From assembly GCA_965153285.1 (NCBI GenBank), contig OZ229111.1: DNA of 64,000 bases, one strand, 5' to 3'. Positions within the stretch are counted from its first letter, which is position 1; every line of letters begins with the position of its first letter. The DNA is from Podarcis tiliguerta. Lineage: Eukaryota. This document shows positions 25,059 to 39,400 of the stretch, one piece after another. The translations under genes were made by a program, and so were the position numbers. The notes under the pieces are model-generated. The model had not been told where the DNA came from, made no database searches, and saw only the letters and a list, made by a program, of their open reading frames with translations.

Positions 25059-28000
25059 ACAGAATAAGCCTTATGTGTGGGGATGCAGCTAAACACAAAC
25101 AGATTTCCATTAAAGAGACTCAGATACTTTATCAGAGAGCTCTGGTGACAGCCAGGGAGAAGAAACTGGAGTCAGTTTTCCCAGGACATTCCCCTCCCCT
25201 ATTACAAATGAAATTGCCAGATAATCTCCCACACACCACAAAGCAAATCTCTGGCGCAGGAGTCTCCTCCTCAGCAAGCACAGCTAACTTTAGTAGCTTC
25301 CAAGAAAGACTCACTCTGCAGCAGAATTATGTTTGGTATGCACATCCATTTCATCCCTAACATATCTATCATCCAGATCAGGTTCTGCTATATTGTCTCT
25401 TATTACCTACTGTGGGGAAAAATTTGGTTCACTTACAGCTTGCAACACACTGCATGCATGGCAGCCACTGCCTTTCCTCCTGATTCTATACATGAAGACT
25501 TAAAAAAAAGTCAGCTCACGAAAAAGCCATTGTCGGACCAGTAACCTCCAAGCCATCCTTTCACTAAACACTTCTGTCTCTGCCCTGTCTTACCAATTTT
25601 AAAGGCACTTGAAATAGAAGTAAAGCAATCTGACTTGTTTATGTGGTGGGCACTCAGCTTGAAAAGAACGCAGAGTAATATAAAAAGCAAGTACACAAAT
25701 GAAGGATTTTTAATTGACTAGAAGTCTGGGGCGACTTCTATCAATTTTCTGTTTCAGGGTACATTCCTCCCTTCATAAGTACTTTGCTCATTTCTTAATT
25801 AGATTAAAAATATAAACATATCTATAATTTGATATAGATAAATCTATAGCATTTCAACACACTATTAAAACCAACCATATTCTTATATATGATATAAATA
25901 TTATCCGTGAGTGTATCAGATCGTCATGAATAAATTTACAAGCAATAAAGTAATCGTAACTTATAAAAATGGAAAGGATTACCAATTTAAATTCTGTTTC
26001 AAATTCCAAAAACACTTCGAAGGACTCATATTCCTCCTCATATACCAAATAATTTATTCAGTTTAATAAACAGGCAGTCTTGAATAAATTGATAATATTG
26101 AATAATATGTTGCCCAGAGCCGATCTGAAAAAGTGACAAAGTTTAATCAGCATAACAAGTGAAGGTTGCAAATCTACGACTAAGTCTACCACAGTGGAAG
26201 AAACTGGGCAACTTACCCCTTGTAGCCTAAACCTATGGCCTTTGTCGGTCTTTAAGATATTGCCAGATCTAAGTCCGTCAGTGATGGTACAGAACGCAGT
26301 CTGGGTTTTCTCTACATGTCGCAACAGATCTGTATGCAGTATCATACATGACCATCAAGCTGCTACTAGAATGCTCACACCTGTTACTGCACAGGGCAGA
26401 CCCCAAAAAGGAGGCTGCCAGGTTTTCATCTAGGGCAAGGTCAGGCTAGCTGGTACAAGGCAGGACTACAGCAGGCCCAGCTACACAGCAACCAATTCCC
26501 AGCCCAAAGGCTTCTTACCAAGCACCAGATACTCATTATGTTCCTAACCATCGCTTTCCTGAGGGCAGACAAGAATATTGCAGTGTATCACTCAAATATG
26601 TTGCCTCATTAAAAGAAGATGCAAATGCTGCCAGCCTGGTAGGGTTCCTTTGTTCACATGTGGGTAGGCTTCACACAGGTGATGACTCCACAACTACGTA
26701 TAAAAAACAAAGTCTGGGTAATGAGCAAAGCACTATGTTGTGAGATATCTACCCTTTATTCGTTTTAACCATAGTTCTCCCTTTATACCACAAAATGAGG
26801 GCCCAGCCCTCAGCCACAATTCCAAACTATACTCAGATCCACTTGAGCAACAGATCCTCACTACACCGCTGAATGTCCACAGTAACAATTGAATGTTATA
26901 ATTTACCTATACAGTGGTACCTCTAGATATGAACGGGATCTGTTCTGGAGCCCCGTTTGCATCTAGAAGCAAACGTAACTAGCGATGGCACGTCTGCGGA
27001 TGACGTCATTTTGAGCGTCTGTGCATGCGCAAGCGACGAAACTTGGAAGTAACACGCTCCGTTACTTCCGGGTTGCCGCGGAGCGCAACTTGAACACGTT
27101 CAACCCGAAGCACATTCAACCCAAGGTATGGCTGTAAATGATTATTAATAATTTCCTTAATGCCCAGTGAGCTTACCATTTGTCTTCTTGCACATACCTT
27201 CTTATCTTTCATTCTAGCAAGTTCAAAACCCTTTACAGTCCCCTCAGTTTTACTTTTGCCTATAGACCAAATGCTGAGTGGTTGGGCCTAGGAAGCAGAT
27301 AGTTGACTGGGGGCTAAATCTTGAGTCTAGTTATGAGACTGACAAAAGAAATGTAGAAGCAAAAGTCCCAACGGCACTTAAAATGTATCCTACTTGGCTC
27401 AAAGCTAGGTGGTAGTTTAAAACAAATTACACTACTGTATCTACAGTGATGGAAAGCGTATTTTAACTAAACCAGTCCCCATATGTCAGGATTTATTAAT
27501 TTATTTTTAAAAAACAAAATCACTTCTGCTTCCTGTTACAACCAAATCTGAAAATGGCAGCTGCTGTCAAAGGTGCATCATGCTTCAAAATACTAGTTAA
27601 GCAGGTGAATAAGCCTTTAAAGCAATAGTCTGCTATGATGTTTATGGCCCTTGAGTGAAACTTTGCTTGAACTATACCGGTGCTATAAATTAATACAGCT
27701 TAAGCAGGTGGTGAGACATATGTTGAAAGGGGAGGGCAGGTACTTATATAGGTACTTCCAAATTGGCAACTCTTAGTTGTGCACAATCATTACTCTCCAT
27801 AAAGTCTTTTCCATACAGAAAAACTTTCCACACTCAGAGTTGAGGATATAGTACTTGTTTTATGTGTAATCTGCACCACTAGACATGACATAGGCATGGA
27901 AGTGGGAAAGGGACCATTCTGAACAAGCCAAATTAATTCTTTAATTTACAACAAACCACTTTTTTAAAGTTCTATTATATGGTTTACTTTTATGGCTTCT

Positions 28001-28185
28001 TAAAAAAGACAGCACTTTTTAAATTAAGATTAATGGTAAGAAAACAACAATTTTTAAAGCAATTTCAATTCTTAAAATTTGAGTTAAATTGTTTTTCATG
28101 TAAGTACAATTGTGTGATTATTTCAATTCTAATAAATAGGCAAAAGTGTTCTAGCACAAATAAAAAGATGCTTTGAAAAGCCATA
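25059..28185 (+). other. MYOCD: Probable MYOCD 3' UTR (end approximate)
   Basis: Proximal AATAAA cluster at 25929, 25944, 26065 and 26083; distal pair at 28131 and 28159 after an AU-rich block. Confidence 0.5.
26912..27134. mobile_element. Tigger/pogo-like MITE in the putative MYOCD 3' UTR
   Basis: TA|CAGTGGTACCTC...AGGTATGGCTG|TA, CpG-rich. Confidence 0.8.
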
Positions 28186-29349
28186 CTTACAAAATTGTGC
28201 AAATGGCAAAACTAATAGGGATGGTGTGCTGAAGTAGATGACTAGCAACAGGTTCACCTGCCCACAGTATGTCAGAGTGTACATAAAATCCACACAAAAA
28301 GGACAGAATAGTACTATGGTGATCTACAGCTATGGGGATCGTACTGTTGTTCTCTTTTAAAAATGGTATGAAGAGACAGAAGGAAAAACAGGATAATAAT
28401 TTGATGACATCATGCTGATGTCCCACAGAAAGCGTGAAGCATTCAGCCAAAAACACCTACCATGGAAGCCTGCAGCATCACAAAGCACATTCTACTACAG
28501 CAGAATGGCGCCTCAGAACAGCAAGACAATAACAGTCAACTGAACCAAACAGATACCTTGCAATGCACACAATACCAGTGAGAAGAATCGCCTTAAAAAA
28601 TAGACCTCTACTGCCTCCTTCACATGGTGCTGCACCTCTTTCAAGACATCCTTTCCTTCAACACACCTGTCTATGATCTACACTACACAAGCAGCAGCCT
28701 CATTGACATCATATTCAACCTTTTAATTGCCTAAGGCTTGTGAAAAGAAGCTCCCATTTACAGTATTGTGACACAGAACTAACTGCAGAGGATGCTCAAG
28801 TCCACAATATCTTTGTGCCTTAGCCATTGCTTTTTTCTGGATTTCCTGCCCAGCCTCACCTGTAGTGCGGGGAGCAGAGTGAAAATCCCATGCAAGGTCT
28901 TCCAGAGAACAGCTATGAATCCACATCCAAAGAGGAGGAGCTTGTTCTTCTTGGCTAGCTGGGTACTTTGCAGTACTGGCCAATTCATCAGTGTTTTTAT
29001 TTCTTCTGTAAACCTCTGTGCACTGCAATTCAGAAAGGTCGCACAGTATGGAAGGGCATGTGTAAGAAACAGTTTGTGGCTGCTTTGGACGGATCTGGCC
29101 ATTTCCTGAAACTGTGTAAAAGTATTGCAAACCAAAGCTAATTACAAAATTATTTACCAAATGAGTGTATTTAATATTGTGTTACTGGAAGGAGTTGTTG
29201 GAAATCAAGACAGTACAAAAAGGACCAGGTGCCCTCATGTGTCTTCTTGGCTGAAGAACAGCCTGGACCAGGAGAGCTGTCTCTGCAGACCTCAATATGG
29301 GTAGAACTCCAGCCTCACTAGGGTGACTAAACTTCTGAGGTCAAGTAGG

Positions 29350-32300
29350 GGAAGAACGAACAACTGGTTTTAATATTGCTGCATGTTGTATAAAAAAATG
29401 TTAAGTTTTTTTTTATAAGGTCACTATTTAAAGCATGAATTTTCTATTGTACAAATGTTCACACAGTGCACTGGTAGGATAGAACAATCCTTCACATGCT
29501 TGTTTTCTTTTACTTAATTTTAATATGCAAAAAGTTAGAAGTCATTCCATTGAGGCTTTTTAATAGCACTTGAATACAGACTAGTTTTAGGTGCTACACT
29601 GCCATGCGGTACAGGGCTTTTTATCCTTATTTAAAGGGATGCTGTCAACTATATATATATATTAAAAAACCACACTGTAAATAAACACAATGCCTTACCT
29701 CTGTGATCAGCACTGCCGTACTTAATTAAAAGACTCCCTGTGATGTCACACTGAGTGCTTGTTTTGCAGTTATTTTGTCATGTGCAAGCTTTAACAATAG
29801 TAGATATTCCAAGATTTCTTCAGTGCTCTATCCATAAAGCCTGGCCAGCCTGGACTAGTTTATCTCTCATTTCACCTTTACAAGCCACTATGTGCAGAAA
29901 GTTAGGCAGAAAGTCAATAATTTGTTCAGTGAACTTCAAAGACACGTCATATCACAGCTTCTTGTCATTTAACTGCTAAAGGAGAAGTGAAAAATGCAAT
30001 TTCCCCCTCTGGTCTACAAAATAATTTTTTTTAAAAAAAAGAATGCCTCCCCTCACCCACCCCAAATGATAGAAATGGAAGAGGCTGGTAATGGTCTGGA
30101 GAACGTATGAGAATTTAGTTCAAAATGATTTCAATGAATTTATTGAAACCAGTAACATAAAAATACAAAACAGATGGAACAAGAAACAAAAGTCCCAAAT
30201 GGCAGCTACCTTGTTGGGCAGGGCTACTGATGAGAAATATCTTTTGTGTTAAATTACAAATATAACATAAATCAGCAACGTGATGCTGTTGCCCAAAAGG
30301 CAAATTCAAATCTAGGATGCACAAGTGTTATATGCCATGTATGACCCAAGTAACTGGGTCATTCATGTGGTAATGTCAGACCTCAAATACAGTAGTAGCT
30401 AAAGATGAAAAATATTATCCAATGATTTCTCCCATACGCTGATAGAAAGCTCTTTGATCCAGCAAAGGCTTCCAGCAGCAGAATGGGGTGAGAGGCAATT
30501 TTTGGCAATTCCTCCTTCCAACCTGAAGTCCCCCAAAACATACTCCATAGGGTTGGGGGAACCCTTCAGAACAGTGCGTGAGATGGCATAGGAGACTGTG
30601 GGGGAATAACAAAAAGCACATCCCTCCCCATTCTACTGATGGAAGCTCTGCTAGATTAAACTGTGTAAAATGCATAGACAGCAAACAAAGTAATTTGTTC
30701 AGGGGAGTAAAAAAATTGTTTAAAGGTCAAACAATGGTCAGGATCAGCTGAGCCTCTTGTATTTCAGGGGCACCCCCTCAAAGTCCCACCATCCCTTTTG
30801 GTCCTTCTTGCAAACATCAATAAATAGGAAAACTTGGCCAGAGAAAGATGGCATTTTAAAATTTCATTTTGCATTTATTGATTTCCCCATCATCATGTCT
30901 GACCTTAAGCAAGATCATATTCGGATCCTTGATTTATTACAACTGACCTGCAGGCGGGGGGTGGGGGAGAACCTATTACATTAACACTTTGATTCCATGT
31001 AGAGTATTTTAAATAGAAGAGGATGTCAAACCAGGAGAGGATAAAATAGTTGGAAGCTCTTAGAAGCTATCATGTTGTCAAACTCCATTTTACTTACAGA
31101 CAATAAGGCAATATCCCCTGCACATCAGCTTCTCAATAAACTTTACATTTTGTTCTATGGTACAAGAAAAAAATTAAACCAGAGCTCACAATGTACAGTT
31201 CTTACACTATTTTCACAGCTTCTGAACACTATACATCTTTATAAACATATACTGTAATATAAATGCTGCACCCTTAATATATCAATCTATGATTAATATG
31301 CTAGAACAGTCAGTTTCTCTCAGACATCCACTGAGCCTGAATAGGAGCTACCTCCATTTGCGGTTGACCGAATGGAAATGCGCTGCTAACGTACATGAGA
31401 ATAGAATGCAAAATGAAGGGGGCTCTAATTACTATTCAATTTCCAGCAGGCACGAAGAGGAAAATCCAGGAGATATGCATATAGAGTTTGGGAACATCTG
31501 GATGAGGTTGAAAATCTTCCACCTGAGTGGATTACAATGAATAATTACTACATTAAAACAGTCCCAACCAGGGACTTTGCCTACCATTGGGCAAGTGAAA
31601 CAGCCGCTCAGGTGGTGGGTGCTTACCTGGCAGTTTGGTCAGCTTCTGCACTTGTCATTTGCCTCAGGCAGCAAAATGTCTTGGAATGGCCCTGGTCCCA
31701 ACTGGTTCCCATTTCAATACATTATCTCTTATGGTGTTGACCAAGTTTTTGCCCCCAAATCCTATTAATCAGCTGGTATACTAGAGAAAATTAAGTTAAC
31801 TGGTTATAGTAACAGGGTCTTGTTATCGCTGACCCACTCAATGGTAAAGCTTAATTCCCTTACAATTCTAGTATTACATGTTAAATAGTGACAGTTACTG
31901 AGATTACAAATAACTTTGGATTTTAAAAAACACCACTTCCTCCCCCTTGTGACTTAGAAGATAAGATCATACTGGATGCAGTTGAGATGACAATATAATT
32001 GTTTAAAGGGCTCCCCCACCCCCCGGTCTGGCAATATAACCTCTGGGTTTCCTTTTTTCTGTCACATGCGTTTAAGAACTTAACATTCCAGTTCTCTTAG
32101 TTACCGTTGTGTTAGGAAATTCTTCTAATAAACGAATTCATCCACAAAATGAAAGCAAACATATTTAGCATCCTCTTTGTAATGATTTTGGAAGCCCAAC
32201 TATCCAACTGATGGGGATATGGGGAGCTTATTTGATCTGATGGTTAAAATCAGAAATCCAAGTCATACCTGGAGCTCTGTGGGAAGTTTCTATGCAACTG

Positions 32301-33337
32301 GAAAACATGAAAAGTTTGATGGAGATAAATTACAAATAATTATTAACAATGTAAAATAGCTCTTCACAACTGCGAACTGTCCCGTACCCTTTCAATGGTG
32401 AAAGTTTAGCCATGAGTTGGAAATCAGGGGTCACAAGCCAGTTAAATTCAACTGAGTAGTTTAATAATTCCTCAGGTAAAAGTCTTATCTCACCAGGTAA
32501 CAATTTACAGGACACCTAGTTCTACTGAAGAGTGGCTTGCTTGGAAAATGAAACAATACATTATTCTCCATGAGTTCAAACTCATACTCTCATGAGTTTA
32601 ATTGTTAGCTCCTTTCAATGCAATGCAATGCATTTTTATTTTTATTTTTTGGTAAAGACATAGTCCATTTTACATGATCACTTCTTTCTCCCTCCAAAAT
32701 ATGAAGTTCTGCTGAGCCACAATTGTCTTCAAAACATATACTGTGACTGAAAAGCAACAGAATTTCAAATCAATTAATCTATTGCACTTTGTGAAGAAAT
32801 ATATTTATATATATATTTATATATTATCCCCTCTTTGCCTTTGTTGGCTTCAGAAGGTAAAAGTAGCTCATTTGGCTGCATAAAAGTTTCTTTCTCCCCA
32901 AGCAGTTTATGTTCAGAATCAGATAGGCCAATGCCTAACTTCCTTTCTTTTATATTATCTGTAACAATTGGAAGAGTTTGAGAGAATAAAATCATTCCAG
33001 TAGCTGCTGAGAAGTCTCTGAGTCTAGAAATTAACTTTAGGTGCTATCCAATCATGGTCAACAAATAAAATGTTACTTATTTCCACGTTTTATGAATATG
33101 TCCACAAAAAGAGCAAAATGAGGTCTCTCTTTGACTGACACTAACACTGTGATCAGGTATTATTACATGGATGCACTTTATAAGTGACAATAATATACAG
33201 ACAGAATGGAAGAAAAACACCAACATTATTGCACATGGTGTCTGGGCGAGCGTTAAAACACTGCAATACGGGGTGGAGATTCTGTACATCTTGCTTTTTC
33301 TCAGCATTTGCACTAGAGTTTTGATGTAGCAGCAGTA
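29350..33337 (-). other. MAP2K4: Probable MAP2K4 3' UTR (end approximate)
   Basis: Repeat-poor AU-rich region after the stop; minus-strand AATAAA at 30139-30144 and ATTAAA at 29369-29374; miRNA seed matches near the stop. Confidence 0.5.
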
Positions 33338-33451
33338 TCAATCGACATACATTGGAGAGCTCGGAGTCGTTGGCATTTGATCCAGGATTTTACAAACATA
33401 GCACGCAACGTCCACTGTTCGCTCCTCATACATTAGGATGAAGGGATGTTT
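33338..33451 (-). CDS. MAP2K4: MAP2K4 exon 11 ([11 protein letters not shown]...SPMYVD*)
   Basis: ctaccag| acceptor, 114 coding nt. Confidence 0.96.
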   Translation of the reverse strand, partial: KHPFILMYEERTVDVACYVCKILDQMPTTPSSPMYVD

Positions 33452-36400
33452 CTGGTAGAAGAGAAGGGAACAAAATATAGTCACACTTTTGGAGCACAGA
33501 AGGTGCCTCCAGAAGACGTGTGAGCTCCCAAAGGTACTTCCATGCAACTTAACACTTAACAGGTGTTATGAGTTGCTGCGCTGAGGTACCAGCTCACAAG
33601 ATTCCAGTAGAAGGGGTCCAAGCATCAACATGGGCATATACACACAGAGAAGGCAGGTGGGGTACAGTACATCCCTTGGCCTTACGTTTGGGAGGAAATG
33701 GATAATTGGTGAAGCAGACAAATCCCAAAATCAAATTTTAATTATACCAATTAAATATGTTGTGCAATTGCAAAAAAACTTTAATTCTCTAGATACACAA
33801 CACAACCCCTGAATGAACTAAATGTGGGCTTGCTTCATTGCTCACCACAGCAAAAGACAAAATAGCAAGCCCAGCCTCACTGTTTGCACTAAACAGGTAG
33901 AATGCAGCTCATATCTCACAAAATGGGAATAGCAATGGGTGCTGCTACAGAATGCCTAATAATATCTGTTGGAAGCTGCCCAGAGTGGCTGGGGCAACCC
34001 AGTCAGATGGGTGGGGTATAATAATAATAATAATAATAATAATACCAAGCTTCAAAAGAGTTAAGTGTCTTTAAAGTCCTTAAAGTCTTAGCCAGTTCTA
34101 GTCTCATGCATTCACATATCCCATCATACTCACCAGAAGCTCCTTATACTTTGGCCTTTTGGACTCGTCCTTTGTAAGGCTAAAAAGATCAGTAAGAGGG
34201 TTAGGGTGACAGAACATTAGCAGAAAAACATCTGAAATTAAGTGTTGGGCAGTTAAGACACTGCACACTGTCAGAGTCTGCAATTCTATCGCATGAATGC
34301 ACCTATATGGATGATGATGATCATTAATGGTCATTTAAGTCCCCTCTCTGTCCAAAGGCTGCAGCTATAAAACCAACTCATACAGTGATAGTGACCTGCC
34401 TTCTCTTTCACCAAGGGCAATCAGGTAAAGAAATAATTTTTTAAAAGAGGACAGGGCTTCTGCAAGCTGCATAGGAGTGGGAATTTCAGCAGATGAGCCA
34501 CGCAAGACAAGATGCACTACTGAAATTCCTCTTTCTACCAAACTATGCAGAAGCCCTGGACACTGTATTTTCACCTTTGTATTGCCTATTAGGCTCAGAG
34601 TATGTTGTAGGTATTGGGAATCCCAGGACTGTTCTTGGTCTGCAGGTAACCAAGAAAATGCTGCAATATAACCAGAAGCACTCTGAAGTCTGCAACCGAT
34701 CAGTACGTCTCTCACTCCATTGTTTTAAAATTCTGAATGCAGGAAGTACACAGCCTTTCAACAACTTCCTGGCATCAGGGAAGTTTCCTTTTCCTTCTTT
34801 CTCAAGACCTGTGCAGCATGAAATTAACCCTTCATAAACAAACACAGGGGGATTCTTAAAAAAGATCCTTCTTGCACTACCATAACCAGCCATAAATGAA
34901 TATAGAGAGCTCAGGAGAGAGGAAAATGCCACAGTTGCTTTTCAAGGGCCTTGTCTACTTAACACAAAACCTGCTCCCCACCTTTCTAAGGAGGAAAGCA
35001 CATCACTGAACTAAAGACAGTCTGGTCCTGCCCATTTGCCTCTAAGAAATCAGCTCAAGAGGCTAATTAACTGCATTTTAAAAACACTGCAGAAAAATGT
35101 CAAACCAACAGGTGGCAGCACATCAACACTGTAGTGAATTTGAAGGGACTTGCTTTAATCAGTTTGTAAAATGTATATTGATCGTTCTCCTTTAAATACC
35201 ACTCCTCCGCTTGCTCTTTTGTGTGATTATAGCCTCAAAGGCAATTGTTTCATCTTAAAGGTATCTTTAACTATTCTAGCTCCTGCAAGGCTCCAAATCA
35301 CCAGGGATGTAGACTAATATACTAAACGATGTTAAGTTGCTCACATAACGCTTCCTGAGCCCATTCTGGTGTGCTAAATGTAACAAGAGCAACCGACTCA
35401 GATCCACTTCATTTTATCCACAGGACAATGTAATAATTGTGCTGCAATGAGTCAAAGACAGCTTATCAACATTCATTTAAAATCTCACAGCTACAAACCT
35501 GCAGGTAGGCAAACTCCCAGCAGGAGGCACTACAAAGATATATTCTGCAGTTTACAGTGTGCACTCTATTTGATGCAATCGCTGCTCCCTCTATCATATA
35601 TCGAGGAGGCAACAACAAACGGATCTCCAAGATGTAATGAGGGGCTACAAAAGGTCTTGCTACAGACACAGCCTGAGGAAAGGCCTCCCTACCATCCCAG
35701 TGCTATTTGTCAAATGTGAGAAGTCAGTAAGGAAGATCTGTGTTGCCTTCACGTTGAGTGGCAACTCAACTAGGGAAGGACATGTCTAAATCTCTCCAAG
35801 CCACCACTTCCATCAGACATGCAGGAAATGTGGCATTAATTTAAGGCTTGCAAGTGGCTCTTCATACTGCAGCTTTCTCCACCCAACCCACTTTCATCCT
35901 CAGTGGAGGAAAAATGCACCATTTCCAGCAACATGAATACTCTTGGATGTTGCTGCCGCATGCAAGTTGCTGAGGGACAGAGTTGGAAGCCTGAGCCAGA
36001 ACCACTTACTAATGCCCTGAAGAGCCCCAGAGCGAGGCATACTCACCACAAGTTGACAAAGTTGATAAAACTTTGGGAGAACTCCCGTTCCTCTGAGTTA
36101 CTCAGCTGTGGTGGGTCTCCTTTGACTACTTGTGTCAGTTGATCAAATACACTATTCCATTTGGGATAGGGGAACCGTCCTGTGGCCAGTTCATACTACA
36201 CCAAAAGAAAAAGGAACAACATGGGCTAGATTAGCCGTTGTAAAGTTCATGGGGGCAGGAGGGTGGGAGCGAGGATTCTCCAAACAAGCCCCACCAGCAG
36301 AAGCTCTGTGCAAGGTTTCCAACTCCTTATGATTTAACAATAGCAACCCTCCCAAATTAGCCAGCTGAAATCAAGAAAGCTTGAGGGAAAGCAGGAGATG

Positions 36401-39400
36401 GCTTGTACCTGAGAAATAATAGTTCCAGTATTCAAAAGAGATTCCCAGACATAGTAGCAACTTAAAAGAGCTCAACCCTCTGCATCCTCATCCCCCCTGC
36501 TCCCCACAAACATTCTTTTTTTCCTTGTCTTTGCAGCCGGATGTATTCAGATGAAGAGCCCCTTAAACACACTTTACCATTTGTGAAAAGCCCACAAGTC
36601 TGCTTTCCACAGATAGGGGAGAAATTCTATCTTGCTGCTGTAGAAGAGCTGCAATGCTTTCCACTTCTTTTGTTAAAAAGAAGAAGAATCATACGAGGTG
36701 TGCAGGCAATTGCTGGGGAGACAGAGTGGGCAACTTACCAGCTGCTTCAATTAAATTTAAAATGTTCACAAAACAGCAGGCAAGCACTTGACCTTTAAAA
36801 CACATGAAATAATAGTGTGTGTGTGTGTTCTGCATTAACCCAAGCCCCTATTTTGCATATGTCTCCGGTTGACAGACCTCAAGCTTCCCATAAAAAAAGC
36901 AGTGGAAACAATGTCTACCCATTCCTCATAAACATACTAGTCATACCTCGGGTTACAGAAGCTTTGGGTTATGCACTGCGCCAAAACCAGAAGTACCAGA
37001 ACAGGTTACTTCTGGGTTTCAGTGCTTTCGCAGAAGCACTAAATCGCGCTTTGCACATATGCAGAAGCGCCAAATTGCAACTTGCACGTGTGCAGATGCG
37101 GCGCTTCGGGTTGCGGATGCTGCGGTTTGCGAACGTGCTTCCCACATGGATCACATTCGCAACCCGAGCGTCCACTGTACATGCTAGGGCAGGGCCCAGA
37201 GGCATTCCAGGGAAATGAAGGAGGTGGTAGCTGGAGTTCCTGGTTTCCCCCTTCGATACCATTGCCACCTGTCCCCACCCCTAGTCAGCTCCACTTTGGG
37301 GGTGACTGCTAGGCTAATGCTAAGGGTGTATGTGCCCAGAGAGGGTACCAGCCCCTTCGAATCTGGAATTGTCTCTGATTAGACCAAACCCTTGGTTTCT
37401 ACCTTTCTGCTTCAATACACTCTTCTCCACTCCTACTAAGTTTGCTTTCTTCAGTGGTCCAAACCTAGGAAGGCTGGGCTTACATTGGCTCTAAAGGGGC
37501 AGCAAGGAACAGATTCCCTAGCTTAAAGCATGGTTCTTTTGAGGTTTAGCATGCATTGCTGCCCCCTAGTAACAGAGTAAAGTCACTGCTGATAAAAAGT
37601 AGCTACGGAAGCCAAACTGCGCAGCAGAGGAAAGCTGAGCAAGGTCTGTTATTCAGGGAGGCAATGGAGGCCCTATCACAGCGTACATGTTCACAAGAGT
37701 AATGCCAGTTTAGCTTTTACTTCTCCTAAAACTGCTTCACAAGCTGCTTTAGGGTTTTATCTCCAGCAGCATGCAAAGCCCTTAGCATTTCTCACTTACC
37801 AATGTAATCCCTAAGCTCCAGACATCAGAGCGGACATCATATCCTTGCCTGGATGCACTGGGGTCTATCCTCTCTGGCTGAAATTAGAGGAAGAATATCA
37901 GTTATATAAGAAAAAGACAAGAATTTACTGAAGTGGGATATGGAGAAGGATTCATTTAACACCAACTGTCCCTTCCATGATCCTAATCCTAATGCAGGGC
38001 TGCATGTACTCTATTTAAAGCAAATCAGAATCCTGCAACAAGGTATGAATTATGCAAATGAAGCAAACATTAGGGGAGATTTAAGAGATTCCTTTTTTAC
38101 TCACCCCAAAACTGCAAAGACTGGCCTTGAGGGGAAATCACTGCAGCTATCCTTCTGAAATTTTTTATTTCTCACTAGTGAAGGGGTAGGAAGGAATTGG
38201 ACTTGGATAAACACTGAGCCAAATTAGGCAGCCCCTTAAGCATCTTTGACTGAGGCGGACTGTTTTCCAAAGTACTGAATCTGGAGGCTGAACTGAAAGC
38301 CCTTAATATGAGTCTTCTCAGGATAATTAGATCCCATGGTTCCCGCTTGGAAGCCATGGACAATTATTATATACAAGTTTCATCACGGTGAAGTATTAAA
38401 CGTATTTCAATGTTTCAGGTGCCTAAAGACTAGATATTAATCTTTATAAAATTACCCTCTTATTTTATTTGTGCATTTTATGATGTTGTATTGTTAGGAT
38501 TGTACTGAATCATTCAATCTTTTGCAGCACTTTTGTCCAATCTGGTTCTGCTTGGCAAAAGCATCTGCTATTAATGTCACAACTCAAGTGTATTAGTCTC
38601 ACTTGGCTGGTGCCAGTATTTCTGAAAGAATATGCTTTGTTTCCCTGTTATCTGTGGCTTTGAATCTGGCATCACTTCTCCTTAAAAAACTAACACATCC
38701 AACAAAGAACAAATGGCAAAAGAATCTGTATTTTTGGAAATCTTGTGTAACCATCTGTCTGTTATTTAAATGGCAATAGGGGGCATCCCTCTTAGACTAG
38801 TCAATTATTCTGCCACATTTGGGAACTAAAGCTGTATTTTATTGATCCGTGCTACCACAAGGCACTAACATCCTCATCAGAATGTTACTAAGCAATTCTC
38901 AGACTTAATTTACTCAAAAAGAATTTCACTGAACTGTATGTTCCCTGTTTCCCTGCACCTTTGTATGGTAACAATCATGGCCCAAAATGTCCTCACTCTA
39001 TTCCCGAGCCTCTTCTTCCCAGGAAAAGCTCTGGTAGGAGCCACATGGTTTTACTAGCTCATTATAGATTCCTCCTACAAATGACCATCTAAATGCAAAC
39101 ACATAGAAAATGGATGCTTCCAATACCTTCGCCAGTAGAGGGACCAGGTTACTAAAGCATGAAAGAGATTTGATTACTGCAAGAAAAGCTGTTCACACCT
39201 TGGGTGTGCAGTGATGTAATGTACTAAGATTAAGCTGGAGAAGCCTCACATCAAGCTAACTTCATCTAAGTTTTAGCTTGTGAAGCTGAAGAATGATTTC
39301 AACCTCAGCCATTCATGTACAAAATATTTACCTTCTGCCTTTACAACAAAGCAAGTAAAAGAAAAGATTCCATTTCTATTCGCACCTCACCCATCACATA

